This document shows positions 63,473 through 64,000 of a DNA stretch of 64,000 nucleotides, one piece after another. Source of the stretch: Felis catus (lineage: Eukaryota); contig NC_058369.1 in NCBI RefSeq assembly GCF_018350175.1, positions 16,804,001 to 16,868,000 on the forward strand, given 5' to 3'. Position numbers and translations under genes: made by a program. The notes under the pieces were generated by a model. The model saw only the letters and a program-made list of their open reading frames with translations. It searched no databases and was not told the DNA's origin. Within the stretch, counting starts at the first letter, position 1. Each line of letters opens with the position of its first letter.

Positions 63473-63725
63473 ATCGTACATTAACATTTTTAATGTATGT
63501 TTTAAAACTGCCTTCCAGAAAGGTGAGACTGAGCTAGCCAGCCAGCCCTGGCTGGTGGGATGGGTGTTGAACAACTACAGGTATAGCTGTGGGCTTTCTT
63601 TGCATCCCTTGGAGTGTGCAGTCTCCTAGCTCAGATGTATGTTTCTTGGGCATCTGTGGGCAGACAGACCTGCCTGTACTCTACCCCAAATGATGGCAGG
63701 CCTGCTTCTCCCATCTGCCCCCCAG

Positions 63726-63853
63726 AATGCGGTCCGTGTCCCACGGGACTTTGAGGGCTGCAGTGTCCTCCGCAAGTACCTAGGCCAGCTCCACTACCTG
63801 CAGAGTCGGGTCCCCATGGGCTCGGGCCAAGAGGCCGCTGTTCCTGTCACCTG
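63726..63853 (+). CDS. PTPN23: PTPN23 coding exon 3 (gene continues beyond the window)
   Basis: Acceptor ccccag. Reads NAVRVPRDFEGCSVLRKYLGQLHYLQSRVPMGSGQEAAVPVT(W). Donor gtaaga. Confidence 0.96.
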
Positions 63854-64000
63854 GTAAGAGCTGGCAGGCAGGGCTGGGGGGAGCCTGGAGGGTGCCTGGG
63901 CAGCCCAGGGTGTTTGGATGGTGGGGGTGTCCCTTCCCTTTACTCTCCTCCCCGCCCCCTTCCTTGCTGCCGAGGATGGGGAGTTGCTTGGTGTGGTCTC

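Noticed and set aside
1..64000. CRISPR arrays, operons or other prokaryotic systems
   Set aside because: The sequence is mammalian, with spliced genes and SINE/LINE repeats. No regularly spaced repeat-spacer array was seen.

Overview
Mammalian (felid) genomic DNA, judged from the dense Can-SINEs of SINEC_Fc type; the exact species cannot be fixed from sequence alone. The window covers the KLHL18-PTPN23 syntenic block. It holds the last four coding exons and ~2.8 kb 3'UTR of KLHL18 (+, 1-~9480), a repeat-rich intergenic region, and the CpG-island promoter and first three coding exons of PTPN23/HD-PTP (+, from 37395). Between them, on the minus strand (24968-27766), is a multi-exon remnant of the cathelicidin/cystatin-fold gene NGP (neutrophilic granule protein). 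It carries several independent disabling lesions, so it appears to be a unitary pseudogene. Other notable structure: an orphan CpG/G-rich island inside the NGP remnant, a candidate L1 3' transduction and nested TSD-resolved insertions in PTPN23 intron 2, closely spaced inverted SINE pairs, and a Can-SINE-free PTPN23 intron 1. Gene and repeat names come from recalled family sequences, not database searches. Repeat boundaries are approximate. Nearly all entries in the supplied ORF track are spurious.
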